Source of the DNA: an uncultured cyanobacterium
GTDB lineage: Bacteria > Cyanobacteriota > Cyanobacteriia > Cyanobacteriales > CAWUOF01
Assembly (NCBI GenBank): GCA_963744145.1
Contig: CAVUSO010000001.1
Span: 6,240,001 to 6,304,000, forward strand
Reading direction: 5' to 3'
DNA length: 64,000 nucleotides
Below, piece after piece: positions 32,786-43,718 of this stretch. The translations under genes were made by a program, and so were the position numbers. The notes under the pieces were generated by a model that saw only the letters and a list, made by a program, of their open reading frames with translations, searched no databases and had not been told where the DNA came from. Numbering within the stretch: position 1 is the stretch's first letter; each line of letters starts with the position of its first letter.

Positions 32786-33050
32786 AATACAATACGGTTC
32801 CGTTAAGTGTAGGGGTGAAGCATTCGGGCGACAATTTAACAATCAAGCCAGTAATATTAGATCCGAATGCTTCACCCTTCTTCTGCGCCGGGATCTCCAA
32901 AAATATTCTTAACTGAATGGATTTTAATATCTAGTTGATCTGTTAGCTGCATAGATAGTGAGGGCAAAGCATTTCGGTAATATTATACTTCGTTTAAGCC
33001 ATCATTTATTTGCCGAAATGCTTTGCCCCTACAGTTAACTGAACCCTATT
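32786..33050. repeat. Nested MITE/REP-like inverted repeats
   Basis: CAATACGGTTCCGTTAAG...CTTAACTGAA enclosing GGGTGAAGCATTCGG...CCGAATGCTTCACCC; GGGCAAAGCATTTCGG...CCGAAATGCTTTGCCCCTAC. Confidence 0.7.
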
Positions 33051-33285
33051 GTTTTATAATCATCAAAAATTGCTGGCCAAGGTTGATGATTCATATTAGT
33101 AATTAGTAATTAACAGTTCCGTAATTTCTCCTCTTTTTGTCCATCACAATTAATTGCTCTACTTGCCGAAACCTTGAAAATATTGTAACCTATATATGGA
33201 CAGTGAGCAGGGAAAAAGCTGATGTAGTAAGCATAAGGAAATTCCATAATTTTTACTGATCACCATAAGTACAGGAGAGCTTCCT

Positions 33286-33879
33286 ATGATTACTCAAATT
33301 GAAACGACACCAACCTATTCGCCAGAAGAATATTTAGCATTAGAGATTGTCTCAGAAACTCGTAATGAATATATTAATGGGGAAATAATTCCAATGGCTG
33401 GGGGAATGCCAAATCATAATCAGATTGCACTGAACTTAGCTGGAACTTTAAATTTCTTGCTCAAGCGCCAACCCTATCGTGTCTTTGTTACCGATCAACG
33501 TCTGTGGATACCACAAAAGGGAATCTATACCTATCCAGATGTGATGGTAGTGAGTGGAGATTTGATTCTGCAAGAAGGTCGGAAAGATACGATCATAAAT
33601 CCTGCTTTAATTATTGAAGTATTATCTAGATCAACTGGGAAATATGACCAAACCGAAAAATTTATTTTCTATCGATCGCTTGCTACATTCCAGGAATATA
33701 TATTAGTCGATCAATATCAGTATTATGTCCAGCATTATGTCAAAACAGGTGTAAAAAAATGGGAATTTCAGGAATACGATACTTTAGAAGAAGAGATTAA
33801 ATTTTTGACAGTTCCTTGTGCGATCGCCCTTACAGATATTTACGACAAGATCGACCTAGAAATCCCCATAGATTCCTAA
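33286..33879 (+). CDS. Uma2 family protein
   Basis: EYINGEIIPMAGG, YTYPDVMVV, IIEVLSRST. Confidence 0.9.
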   Translation: MITQIETTPTYSPEEYLALEIVSETRNEYINGEIIPMAGGMPNHNQIALNLAGTLNFLLKRQPYRVFVTDQRLWIPQKGIYTYPDVMVVSGDLILQEGRKDTIINPALIIEVLSRSTGKYDQTEKFIFYRSLATFQEYILVDQYQYYVQHYVKTGVKKWEFQEYDTLEEEIKFLTVPCAIALTDIYDKIDLEIPIDS

Positions 33880-34094
33880 AAGCATCTTCTCAATTCCTAC
33901 AATACTTATGATCAAACCTTAGTTTGCCTAATTTTTAACCTGTTGACTAATTTGTCATTTTTACATCTGTATGTCAACATATGTAAAATTTTGTATCAAG
34001 ATTCAACATTTCTGCTATAGAGAGTAGGATTGAGGAGACAATATGCTCCCTGGGGTAAGATTCCTGAAATCAAACCAAAGTGGTGAAGATACTC

Positions 34095-34280
34095 ATGGTT
34101 AATCCCCGCTACGATCCAGAAGAGGATGTTTCTAGACATAGTGCTGTTAGTCCTGAAGATTGCATAAAAATGGCTAAGAATCAGGGATGGAAGTTAGTTA
34201 GGACTGAAAAACTAAATCAGGATATTCTCGATACTGATTGTATTTTCAAGGGTAAAACTGAGTTTCCAAGTAGTTACTAG
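34095..34280 (+). CDS. Small hypothetical protein
   Basis: MVNPRYDPEEDVSRHS...DCIFKGKTEFPSSY; coupled to the next ORF. Confidence 0.55.
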   Translation: MVNPRYDPEEDVSRHSAVSPEDCIKMAKNQGWKLVRTEKLNQDILDTDCIFKGKTEFPSSY

Positions 34281-34303
34281 GAAACCGATGAAGAGGACTA
34301 ATT

Positions 34304-34735
34304 ATGTTCAAATACATTATTTTTAGAGCAGATGAATACCAACCGGGGGCTGGCGATCGCAAGCTCCAGCACACCCAAGGACTAACGAATATCTTGGCTG
34401 AATACTTCGATGCTAGTGATAGCCCTATCCCAGAACCGGGCTATAGACCCACGGATTTTGTTAGGGTTGAAGCCGAACAGGTCCCCGGTAAACATGGCTG
34501 GTCTACTCACTACAAGTCGGGGGATTGGGAAGTAAGCAGAGTGGAAGAATATACCCCTGATTTACCAATGGGTACTGAGTTTGGAATGGTAGTTATTTGC
34601 TACTGCAAGTACAGCCCCGTCGATGCTCCCCTTAGACCCATGCCCGATCGCATTGTCTCCCTAGATAGTTTTGGTGGTAACGAAGATCGATATCGTGAGT
34701 ACATGGAATCCCAGAAAGTTAAGGTAACAGTTTAG
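34304..34735 (+). CDS. Hypothetical protein
   Basis: 143-aa ORF with GAGGA RBS; GDWEVSRVEEY...VVICYCKYSP. Confidence 0.7.
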   Translation: MFKYIIFRADEYQPGAGDRKLQHTQGLTNILAEYFDASDSPIPEPGYRPTDFVRVEAEQVPGKHGWSTHYKSGDWEVSRVEEYTPDLPMGTEFGMVVICYCKYSPVDAPLRPMPDRIVSLDSFGGNEDRYREYMESQKVKVTV

Positions 34736-34793
34736 TCGATCGGTGAATGCGACATCTAGAGAAATGACCCAGAGAGTTGCGAGGTGGCGATCG

Positions 34794-34881
34794 CCCCTAA
34801 TCCCTAAGTACCCTGTCCCACGAGTAAAGCGGTGGTATGAGGACTTTTGCAAAAATTCAAACCTTGACCAGAGAATAATTA
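34794..34881. repeat. 88-bp direct repeat, copy 2
   Basis: Matches 32622-32709. Confidence 0.85.
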
Positions 34882-35134
34882 ATCAATAGAATAATTAGTC
34901 AATTAGGTGGCGATCGCTATAGTTCTGAGAGAAATGGCCAAATAAAAATCTAGCAAGCATCGACTAAATATATCTAGACATTAGACAGGATAAGAGTTTT
35001 AATAGAGAAAATACCTCTACTGACTAGAGGTATAAGTTATTCAGGCTTTCCATTTAGACGTTCTTATCAAGTTGTTTAAGTGAAAGCTATAGATAGTGAG
35101 CAATTTACTAAGATTACTCTAAACATTAAACTAT

Positions 35135-35719
35135 CTATAAGTCCTCAAAAATTGCATCGACACTAATTACTATGTCCGGAAATGAAAGAGGCGAGATCCT
35201 GTCACCGGGTCTAAATTGTTGGATACTTTCATAACCATTAGTGTTAGGATTGCGATAAACCTCAATTAATTGGGCTTCTATGTCTACGAGCCAAAGTTCA
35301 ATAATCCCAGCTCTACCATAAAGAACTGATTTCACATTACGATCATGGTCAACTGTAGTAACCGATACTTCAATTAGTAAATAGATGTCTTGGGTTTGGG
35401 GATGTGATTTTATGTAATCATCACCACGAGGTTTCAGGATTGATAGATCGGGTTCCGGTTCTAATCTTCCGTTCAACCTGATTGGGCTTTGAGTTGCGAC
35501 TAAAGCACGGTCATTTAAAAGTTTAGAAAATATTCTATCTAACCGAATTATGCACCCTGCATGACGACTACCCATTGGTGCCATATAAATAATATCCCCA
35601 TCAATTAGTTCTGTCCTACCATCCCCAAGCATCCCCAACTCACCCAGCTGGTAATATTCCTCTACCGTGAATTGCTTTCTTGTTGGTGTGGTTGCTACTG
35701 CGATCATCTTTCTCACCAT
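35135..35719 (-). CDS. Uma2 family protein
   Basis: FTVEEYYQL, ELIDGDIIYM, EPEPD, LLIEVS. Confidence 0.9.
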   Translation of the reverse strand: MVRKMIAVATTPTRKQFTVEEYYQLGELGMLGDGRTELIDGDIIYMAPMGSRHAGCIIRLDRIFSKLLNDRALVATQSPIRLNGRLEPEPDLSILKPRGDDYIKSHPQTQDIYLLIEVSVTTVDHDRNVKSVLYGRAGIIELWLVDIEAQLIEVYRNPNTNGYESIQQFRPGDRISPLSFPDIVISVDAIFEDL

Positions 35720-35792
35720 CCTATTTACTGACTAGCTCCGCTAATTCTCATTTTAATTGCGTTCACGTAGTGAACCTTATGTAATCGCCACT

Positions 35793-35867
35793 CTAGCAGA
35801 TTTCCAGTATATGGCCACACATTGAGAAAAGGTCTTCAACAGCCGTAACGAGAAAGACGAGGCGCAT
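35793..35867 (-). pseudogene. Truncated RelE/ParE toxin N-terminus
   Basis: MRLVFLVTAVEDL starts immediately after the antitoxin stop and ends after 24 aa. Confidence 0.5.
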
Positions 35868-35868
35868 A

Positions 35869-36144
35869 TTATCTTATCGTCGGAGCGGAGTTTTCATGAC
35901 TGGTCTCCCATGAATCCAGCCAAGCTTCTACCTGATCGCCATCAACCCATTCTGCATTAACGCTATCTGCAAGAGTTACAGCCTCTTCAATCATGGCAAT
36001 CTGCCAGATTTGCTGCTCGACATAGATGGCGATCGCCTCAGCAGCTAACCATGATTTACTACGACGAGTGCTTTGGGCAAGGGCTTCCAGCTTGCTCTTG
36101 ATTTCTGGTGACAGGCGAACGGTAACAGTTTCACTGCTAGACAT
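35869..36144 (-). CDS. CopG/RHH antitoxin
   Basis: SETVTVRLSPEIKSKLEALAQSTRRSKSWLAAEAIAIYV...VEAWLDSW. Confidence 0.85.
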   Translation of the reverse strand: MSSSETVTVRLSPEIKSKLEALAQSTRRSKSWLAAEAIAIYVEQQIWQIAMIEEAVTLADSVNAEWVDGDQVEAWLDSWETSHENSAPTIR

Positions 36145-36510
36145 GGCAGAAGCCTCTTTATTTTCCCTATTGTTCCCTATTCTAGCTAATGTGTTCATGT
36201 ACACAAGTAAATAAGCTATGAATTCAGTCGAAAAACAGCTATAGCATCGACCGTCCCTAAAATTGAAACAATGTGAGATTGCTTCATAAAACCAAGTTGC
36301 CCTAAATTAGCAATACCGCTTTTAATTTAGTTTTTCTGCGATCGCCCCTCAGAAGTCTAGAAATATTCGACAACTCCATGAAAAATTACCCCTTGACTTG
36401 CGGTAATGAATGCGATAGCCTAAAACAAAATAGTAAACCTATAGGCTAAATTTCAGCAATATAGAAAAGTCTGTATCTCCAACAGTATTATAATCATTAT
36501 AAGCATTCAA

Positions 36511-36864
36511 ATGATTAAGAAAAAATTAAAAAATATTGACATGATTCCAGCCAAAGCTATTGCATGGATTAAGATTATTGGTTGGCTATTAGTTACAACA
36601 ATTATAGCTATACCGATGGGTTATCGTTCCGCAACCCATTTACTAGCAATGGCAGAGCTTTATAATATAATCTATCTAGGTATTTATTTGGTGTGTATAT
36701 GTGGTTTGCGTATAGAACTATTAGATTTTCTACTTTTTCGATTTCCTCAAAGGAAAACTGAAATACGAATAATTGTTTTGGTTTTTATAATGCTATATCC
36801 TTCCATAATAGCATATCCTTTAACTGCTTTGATTAAATATCTTTTTAAATGGAGTTTAGATTAA
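36511..36864 (+). CDS. Hypothetical membrane protein (AT-rich)
   Basis: Three hydrophobic segments; low GC. Confidence 0.45.
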   Translation: MIKKKLKNIDMIPAKAIAWIKIIGWLLVTTIIAIPMGYRSATHLLAMAELYNIIYLGIYLVCICGLRIELLDFLLFRFPQRKTEIRIIVLVFIMLYPSIIAYPLTALIKYLFKWSLD

Positions 36865-37043
36865 TTACACAAATATTTTTTAGATTAGAGTTTATCTTAT
36901 TTTTTAATACTACTATTTTTAAAACCTACAGACTAAACTTTCAGCTATATTGCTTAATCTGGGATAAATTAAAAGTAATCGCACCCAACCCTAAGAAAAT
37001 AATCAGGAAATATTGGCTCTTCGGTACTTGTTATGCTAAACTA

Positions 37044-37574
37044 TTAGTTAAAATGCCAGCTTAACAAGCATCTTATTCGGAAATTTTCAAAGTTTCTAAA
37101 TCCATATCCAGAACGTTTGATCAGCTTAAGCTTGTTATTAATTCCTTCAACAGTTCCATTGGTTGTTCTCTGATCAAAGTAAGCGATAATTTCATCAAAC
37201 CAGCGGATAATAGTATTACTAATATTTGGGAATAATTTTTTCGCTCTCGATAACCATATACCTAGTTTAAAAACTCCCACATACCAATGATTCGTGTTAT
37301 TAAAAATTTTCCTAATCTTTTCTTTCAATTCGTGCATTTCTTTCAAAATGGGTGAGACATTTTTAACTTGAATGAGTTGTTCAATTTGCTGATCATTTAA
37401 TTTATCTTCATTTTTAAGCAAGGCATATTTACTATTTTTTAGTCCCGCTAGTATTTCTTCATATTTAGGTTTATCTGTTGAATTTGCGTTCTTACTTAAA
37501 TCTTCAATTTTTCGTTTTTCGGTTTTTCTTTGTGTATCTAATTCTTTATTAATCTGTGCCATTACATGAAATCT
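37044..37574 (-). pseudogene. ISL3-family transposase C-terminal fragment
   Basis: RFHV, TTNGTVEGINNKLKLIKRSGYGFRNFENFRIR; N-terminus missing. Confidence 0.88.
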
Positions 37575-37670
37575 AAGTAATTGTACAGAATTATTTACAA
37601 TAATAACATAATGTGTTAAGCTTGAATAGTTGAAAGTAGGGGCGTATTGCAATACGCCCTTACTAAAAAA

Positions 37671-37870
37671 ATGATATTTCTACGAGAAATTAATCCCCTT
37701 TCCGTTAAATTACTAAAGCGAATTTATCATCAAAGCCGACATCACCAGGTGCGTCAAAGAGCTCATTGCCTAATCTTAGCAAACGACGGTGTAAAAGTCC
37801 CAGAGTTGATGAAAATTTTCAACGTCAGCTCTAAAACAATTTATAATTGGTTTGGGCGATGGGAATCATC
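37671..37870 (+). pseudogene. IS630 transposase N-terminal HTH fragment, cut by the next IS
   Basis: HHQVRQRAHCLIL...VSSKTIYNWFGRWES stops at the left IR of the next element. Confidence 0.7.
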
Positions 37871-39028
37871 TATAGCACGCCTAAATGAGTTGTGCAATTT
37901 GATGTCATGATGATATGGTAAAAGTGGAAATAAAAATTGGGGGGCAAATATGTTAGATGAACTAGAAAACCAAGAGAGGGAAGAAAAGCTGAAAGAATTA
38001 ACTGAGCATCTAGCTAATGTTAAGGATATCAGAGAACGGAAAAGAGTGGCTGCCGTAAAGTGGAGATTGAGCGGGAAAAGTTATGCGGAAATTCAAAGCT
38101 TATTAGGAGTATCAGTAAGTTTCATCGCTCAGACACAGAGAAAATACTTAAAGAGAGGGCTAGAGGGGCTAAAATTAGCATACCAGGGGTCAAAAAGCTA
38201 TTTAACACCAGCCCAGATGGCCGAAATACAAGCATGGCTAATTTTGCCCAAAAATCGGAATATTTCGGAATTAGAAAGGCATTTAATAGAGCAGTATGAT
38301 GTGGTATTTAAGTCGCAGGAAAGTTACTATCAGATTTTAAAAGAGAGCAAATTAAGTTGGCAAAAAGGAAACAAAGAGAACCCGCGAAAAGATCCAGAAC
38401 TGATCGATAAAAGAAATCAAGAAATAGCGGAAAAGTTAAGTAAGGTCAGGGGTGAAATCGAATCGGGAGAGTTGATTGCGCTCGCCTTAGATGAATGTCA
38501 TTTGCAGGGAGATGATATTTGTAATTACCTCTGGGGAGACCGAAAAAATCGGGAGATTGTGAAAGTAGATAATGACCGAGATAGACAAACCTATTATGGG
38601 GCGTTAAATTGGTGGACAAAAGAATTTATAGTCAGTCCGTATTCAACCGGAAATGGGCAAAATACCGTCAAATTTCTGAAGGAAATTAAAGAGCGTTATC
38701 CCCAAAAGAAATTGCTACTGATTTGGGATAGTGCCAGCTACCATAGAGGAGAGGAAATGAAGCAGTTTTTGGCGAGAGAAAATGAAGGAAAAACCCCAGA
38801 AAATTGGGCAATAACTTGTGTTCCATTTGGTTATTATGCACCGGAAGAAAACAAGCGTCGAGGGAATATGGTTACAAGTCAAAAATTTGATCCGCCGTTT
38901 TTATTACATCTGTAAAAATTTCTCGATAGTTAAAAGGTTATTTCAATTCTTTTTTAAGTTCTGCCTGTTCAATCCACCTAATTTGAAAAAATACGATGCC
39001 TTTGCACAACTCATTTAGACTCACTATA
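37871..39028 (+). mobile_element. IS630-family insertion sequence
   Basis: Inverted ends TATAGcacgcCTAAATGAGTTGTGCAA and TTGCACAACTCATTTAGactcaCTATA. Confidence 0.88.
37950..39018 (+). pseudogene. IS630 transposase frameshifted near 38855
   Basis: LDECH, LIWDSASYH, YAPEEN; the expected VEGIW with the third catalytic E lies in another frame (38818-39018). Confidence 0.8.
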
Positions 39029-39153
39029 GCAAGAGATTTATAGCCGATCCTCGGAATTTACAGCGTTAGAAAATTTAGTTGCTCAATGGTAAAAAATGAC
39101 AAAGCTTGCCATAATTAAGAATAAGCCATGAATTCAGTAGTGCCATAAAAACT

Positions 39154-39405
39154 ATGAATATCTCTCTTCCTGATACTCTGCGGGACTACATCGAACAACA
39201 AGTAAAAATCGGAGGTTACGGAAGTTCCAGTGAGTATATCCGGGCTCTAATTCGTCAAGACCAAAAGCGAAAAGCAGAAGAACATCTCCAGTCTCTGCTA
39301 CTAGAAGGACTTGATTCGGGAGCAGCTCTACCAATGAGCGATCGCGACTGGACTGAAATTCGCCAAGCAGTTCGAGATAAATTGAATCAACAACAACATG
39401 GGTGA
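39154..39405 (+). CDS. ParD-like type II antitoxin
   Basis: MNISLPDTLRDYIEQQVKIGGYGSSSEYIRALIR...LLLEGLDSG. Confidence 0.9.
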   Translation: MNISLPDTLRDYIEQQVKIGGYGSSSEYIRALIRQDQKRKAEEHLQSLLLEGLDSGAALPMSDRDWTEIRQAVRDKLNQQQHG

Positions 39406-39727
39406 AATTCGTAAACATCCGCAGGTTATTCGGGACTTAATTGAGATTGCTACCTACATTGCAGAAAATGATCTTGATCGTAGTGATAACTTTCTTAGTG
39501 CGGTAGAAGAAACTTTTAAACAACTGGGAAAAATGCCCCAACTTGGCAAGAAATCTTATTTTTCTAACCCTCGGTTACAAAATATTAGGCAACTTGCAGT
39601 GAAAGGATTTGGAAAATATCTCATTTTTTATCAGACAATGGAAACAGGAGTTGAAATTATTCGAGTTATACATGGAGCAAGAGAAATTGAAAGCATCCTA
39701 GAAAATGATCGCCAAGAAGAAATATAA
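39398..39727 (+). CDS. RelE/ParE-family toxin
   Basis: DLIEIATYIA, YLIFY, EIIRVIHGAR; overlaps the antitoxin stop. Confidence 0.9.
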   Translation: MGEIRKHPQVIRDLIEIATYIAENDLDRSDNFLSAVEETFKQLGKMPQLGKKSYFSNPRLQNIRQLAVKGFGKYLIFYQTMETGVEIIRVIHGAREIESILENDRQEEI

Positions 39728-39979
39728 ATGGGAGAAGTAGAGATTGGGAAACTTGCATCCACCGAAACCATGTCAAAGCCGATTAGCATAGAGCCACATC
39801 TATCGTTAACCTCATTATACAAACAACCACACTAGCGGTTTAATTTGGCGATCGCCACTGGGGAAAATTTCTCAATCAGCGAGCGATCGATTCGGGTACT
39901 AAATATTGGGTGGAAGAATTTTAATAATGAATCAAACGACCGCACAAGAATTGATTAATTTAACAATGAGTATTTATAA

Positions 39980-40747
39980 TTACTTATCTTCAATATAAAT
40001 TGGCAATTTTTCCAAATCTGGCAATTTAACTAATTCTGATTCAGCTGGTTTATCCTTAACCTTAATTGGTAACATTAAAGGTTGAGGATATTCGATCCAA
40101 CAACTAGCCAAAGGTAGAGTTTGTTCCATTTCCTCCAATGGTCGAGGAATCACCATTAAAGTATTAAATTCACCAATTCTTTCTGCTTCATACATTCCTG
40201 CTTCCACAGCGACCACTACATTAGCTACTGTGCCACGAATAATAGCAGTACATAATCCATTCCCGATCGTTTCATAAGAAGCTAAATGAACTTCTGCGGA
40301 TTTGAGCATCGCATCACAAGCACCTACCATCGCGGGAAAACCGCGTGTTTCTAACAAACCGATTGATTGATTACTTAAACGACTATGGGCACCTTGAGCT
40401 AATTGATTCAAACGATTCCCAATCGGTAATACTGCTTCCAGATTAGGTAAAGGACGAGCAATCACTAAAGTGGAAACTAATTGACCGAACTGTTCTGCGG
40501 TTTTCAACCCAGCATCAACCGCTAAACGTACATCAGCAATCCGACCACGTACTATTGCAGTGCAGTAACCACTACCAATTTTTTCATAGCCAACTAAAAA
40601 TACTCCAGCCGACTTTAGCATTGCATCCGCAGTACCGACGATCGCCGGAAAACTGCGGGTCGATACTAATCCTAGAGCCATTTCACTCACATTAACCAAC
40701 TGTGGCGATCGCTCGTAAGTCCGCCGATCTTGATTTTGGACTTCCAT
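39980..40747 (-). CDS. ccmO: Carboxysome tandem-BMC shell protein CcmO
   Basis: Two BMC domains (TRSFPAIVGTADAMLKS; TRGFPAMVGACDAMLKS); follows ccmN. Confidence 0.92.
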   Translation of the reverse strand: MEVQNQDRRTYERSPQLVNVSEMALGLVSTRSFPAIVGTADAMLKSAGVFLVGYEKIGSGYCTAIVRGRIADVRLAVDAGLKTAEQFGQLVSTLVIARPLPNLEAVLPIGNRLNQLAQGAHSRLSNQSIGLLETRGFPAMVGACDAMLKSAEVHLASYETIGNGLCTAIIRGTVANVVVAVEAGMYEAERIGEFNTLMVIPRPLEEMEQTLPLASCWIEYPQPLMLPIKVKDKPAESELVKLPDLEKLPIYIEDK

Positions 40748-40804
40748 CTCAAACCTCTGGTAATCAGATATTTCACCTAACCATCAGCATATCAATCTAT
40801 TTAG

Positions 40805-41455
40805 CTAGATGTGGGGTGATTGACCATTGAGATCGGTTGGTTGCTGAGGTTGATGATGGGGAAATAATGTCACCCGGAGTTGACTCAGATGTTTATAAGC
40901 ATAAATCTGACCCGCAGATCCGGGAGTAGATGCTGGGGTTGATCTGTCTGCTGTGACATCTTCAGGAATAGGAGGGACTTGTGGTGGGAGCGGATCGGTT
41001 GTGAGAGGATGATCAACCTTAATTGACTCATCTTCTGTGATGATGGGTGACTCATCTCCTGTCGTGGGAGATAAAGATTCCCTAATTTCACGTCCATGAT
41101 CTCCCCACAAGGAACCAGCACTTAATACTTGCGCTTTTTCCAGGGAACAATTGAGAATAGTGCTTCCTGTACCAATACAAGCATTTGCGCCAATTTTGAC
41201 ATTGCCGACCACCAGCACTCCTGCGCCAAGGGTTGCTCCAGTTTCCACTTCAATACTACCCTGGTGAGCGTGCAGAACTGCACCCATCCCAATACAAACA
41301 CCAGCAGCAATGACAATGTGACAATCTGGATCGGCTTGGAGAATTACTCCTGTGGCGATCGCGGCACCTTCGGCAATATTAACATCGCCACTCGCATAAT
41401 ACTGGGAGTTACCAAGGAACGGTCGTAGTGGCGACAAATACATTTGCTGTTGCAC
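40805..41455 (-). CDS. ccmN: Carboxysome assembly protein CcmN
   Basis: Hexapeptide repeats plus C-terminal encapsulation peptide IYAYKHLSQLRVTLFPH. Confidence 0.9.
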   Translation of the reverse strand: MQQQMYLSPLRPFLGNSQYYASGDVNIAEGAAIATGVILQADPDCHIVIAAGVCIGMGAVLHAHQGSIEVETGATLGAGVLVVGNVKIGANACIGTGSTILNCSLEKAQVLSAGSLWGDHGREIRESLSPTTGDESPIITEDESIKVDHPLTTDPLPPQVPPIPEDVTADRSTPASTPGSAGQIYAYKHLSQLRVTLFPHHQPQQPTDLNGQSPHI

Positions 41456-41504
41456 CTTTATGGCTCAGACAAGAACGACGGGGGTTGACAATCAAAACTG
41501 ATTT

Positions 41505-43154
41505 TTAGTGACTAGCTACTTTACCATTAGGCTGTTGGATAATCGCTTCGAGTACCCGTCGCTTGGCTTTTGGATCAATTCCAATCAAACGGACATATTC
41601 TCCAGGGTGTTCTGCTAGAGCTGATTCTAGAACTGCGATCGCTTCTCTTTCGTGATTAACTTGGATTGTTGGACCACTTTGCCATGAACTCGTGCGGAAA
41701 CGTCTTTCATCTGCATATTCGGTGCCAATTCGATATCCTTGGGCTAGCAGATCGCGAACTTGGGCTTGCACAGTAGCACTTAACTTGCTAGAATTGCTAT
41801 TATTAGTAGTAGGTGGACTGTAACTTGCTGTTGGCGTCGGCGCAGATTTAGTTTGAGGAGAAACAATTCCATTCGGTTGTTGAATGATCAGTTCCAAGAC
41901 TCGACGTTTGGCTTTTGGATCAATCCCAATCAGACGCACATATTCACCTGTATGTTCTGCTAAAGCAGCTTCTAACATGGCGATCGCTTCTGATATTTGT
42001 TGAGTTTGAATGGGTGTACCACTCTGCCAAGAAGTTGTGCGGAAACGACGCTCATCAGCGTGTTCAATCCCAATCCGATATCCTTGAGCTAGGAGTTGAC
42101 TGACTTGTTGAATCACTTCGGCACTTAATTGGCTGCTTGACGCTTGAGCCGCATAATTATTAGATGAATTACTAGAGAGTGAACCCGTCACATTTTGCTG
42201 AACTACTATCCCATCTGGACGTTGAATGATGGTTTCTAAGACGCGCCGTTTGGCTTTAGTATCAATGCCAATCAAACGTACATATTCCCCAGTATGTTCT
42301 TGGAGACAATTTGAGAGTGCCGAGATGACTTCTGATTCGCGATCGCTTTGAATGGGGGAACAACTGTGCCAAGAACAAGTTTGGAAGTGACGTTTATCAG
42401 CGTGTTCTGTGCCAATGCGATAGCCTTGAGCTAGCAGTTGACGTACACGATCTATAGTTTCTTGAGTTAATTGGGTATTTTGGAATTGAGAGATCATGTG
42501 ACTAGCACCATTACTATTGCTATGTTGAGGGATTTCGCCTCGGATGGGTGTAATACAGGCGATATTATCTGCACATTGATATCCAGCTCTTAAAGCCTCA
42601 TTGATACCGACTACGTGCCGAGCAAATTTGAGATCGCCATCTTCAACGTTAGGTAAGCGATCGGCTTGTTGTTGATTGGTAATTATGGCTCCAGAAGGTA
42701 CATATTTACCTGCTGGAATTTCCACATCTTGAATCAGGGCGTGCATCATAACGATACAACCTTTCCCGACTCTGGCGTTAAATACGGTGGAACGAAAGCC
42801 AATAAAGCATTCTTCTCCCACGTAAGCTGGACCATGAATCAGGGCCATGTGGGCGATCGAGGATTTTTGACCAATCCACACCGAATATTCTTGTTGATCG
42901 TCTCCGATGACTCTTCCTTCTTCTAGACCATGTATAACCACACCATCTTGAATATTGGTGCCTTCTCCAATATAAAAAGGAGTTCCTTCATCGGCCCGAA
43001 TGGAAGTTCCGGGGGCAACTAATACATTAGCGGCAATCCTAACATCACCAATAATATTAGAGAATGAGTGTACATAAGCGGTTTGGTCGATTTGGGGTTC
43101 TGCTAAATTTTTCGACCAAGGTGTGGGAGGGGCCGCGACATTGCGGGCTACCAT
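41505..43154 (-). CDS. ccmM: Carboxysome protein CcmM (gamma-CA domain plus 3 RbcS-like domains)
   Basis: [19 protein letters not shown], three LLAQGYRIG...[10 protein letters not shown] repeats. Confidence 0.97.
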   Translation of the reverse strand: MVARNVAAPPTPWSKNLAEPQIDQTAYVHSFSNIIGDVRIAANVLVAPGTSIRADEGTPFYIGEGTNIQDGVVIHGLEEGRVIGDDQQEYSVWIGQKSSIAHMALIHGPAYVGEECFIGFRSTVFNARVGKGCIVMMHALIQDVEIPAGKYVPSGAIITNQQQADRLPNVEDGDLKFARHVVGINEALRAGYQCADNIACITPIRGEIPQHSNSNGASHMISQFQNTQLTQETIDRVRQLLAQGYRIGTEHADKRHFQTCSWHSCSPIQSDRESEVISALSNCLQEHTGEYVRLIGIDTKAKRRVLETIIQRPDGIVVQQNVTGSLSSNSSNNYAAQASSSQLSAEVIQQVSQLLAQGYRIGIEHADERRFRTTSWQSGTPIQTQQISEAIAMLEAALAEHTGEYVRLIGIDPKAKRRVLELIIQQPNGIVSPQTKSAPTPTASYSPPTTNNSNSSKLSATVQAQVRDLLAQGYRIGTEYADERRFRTSSWQSGPTIQVNHEREAIAVLESALAEHPGEYVRLIGIDPKAKRRVLEAIIQQPNGKVASH

Positions 43155-43271
43155 AACTTCATTTCTCCTGAGAAGAGCTATTTTGGTTGTCCAGATATCA
43201 GGATGGAAGTATTTATCTTTGAGCCTGTGGGTTCAATTATTTCTACTTCCTCATCCTGTCATCCCACCTCA

Positions 43272-43574
43272 TTAACGAGGTTGGTCTTTTTTGCTGTAAA
43301 CGATGCGATTTTCCACATTGACAGTTTCAATAATCGCTACGACTATGGCATCAATTGGACGTTGTTCTTGGCCAAGTACCTGGCGGGCTGCACTACCACG
43401 GGTCACTACTACCCATTCATCGACACCAGCACCGACACTATCTGCAGCTACTTCGTATTCTGGTAAGGGATTTCCTTTTTCATCGATGAATTGGACTAGT
43501 ATTAGTTTGCCACCGCCGAGACTAGGATCTTTATAGGTACTGACGATGTTGCCTCGAACTTTGGCAATTTGCAT
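43272..43574 (-). CDS. ccmL: Carboxysome vertex pentamer CcmL
   Basis: MQIAKVRGNIVST, YEVAADSVGAGVDEWV, GSAAR. Confidence 0.96.
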   Translation of the reverse strand: MQIAKVRGNIVSTYKDPSLGGGKLILVQFIDEKGNPLPEYEVAADSVGAGVDEWVVVTRGSAARQVLGQEQRPIDAIVVAIIETVNVENRIVYSKKDQPR

Positions 43575-43592
43575 TTTTGCTAATATGTAGTT

Positions 43593-43709
43593 TAGGTGTT
43601 AGGTAATAGGTAATAGGTAATAGGCTCGATCAAGCGATCGCCAGATTGATCAAAGGTTTTTTGTTCCTGCTTGCTTGCGCCCACAACCCACAACCCATAA
43701 CCCAAAACC
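43593..43709. repeat. Heptamer STRR-like repeats (TAGGTAA)n and (CCCACAA)n
   Basis: TAGGTGT-TAGGTAA x3 at 43593-43624; CCCACAA CCCACAA CCCATAA CCCAAAA at 43680-43709. Confidence 0.7.
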
Positions 43710-43718
43710 TGGATGATT

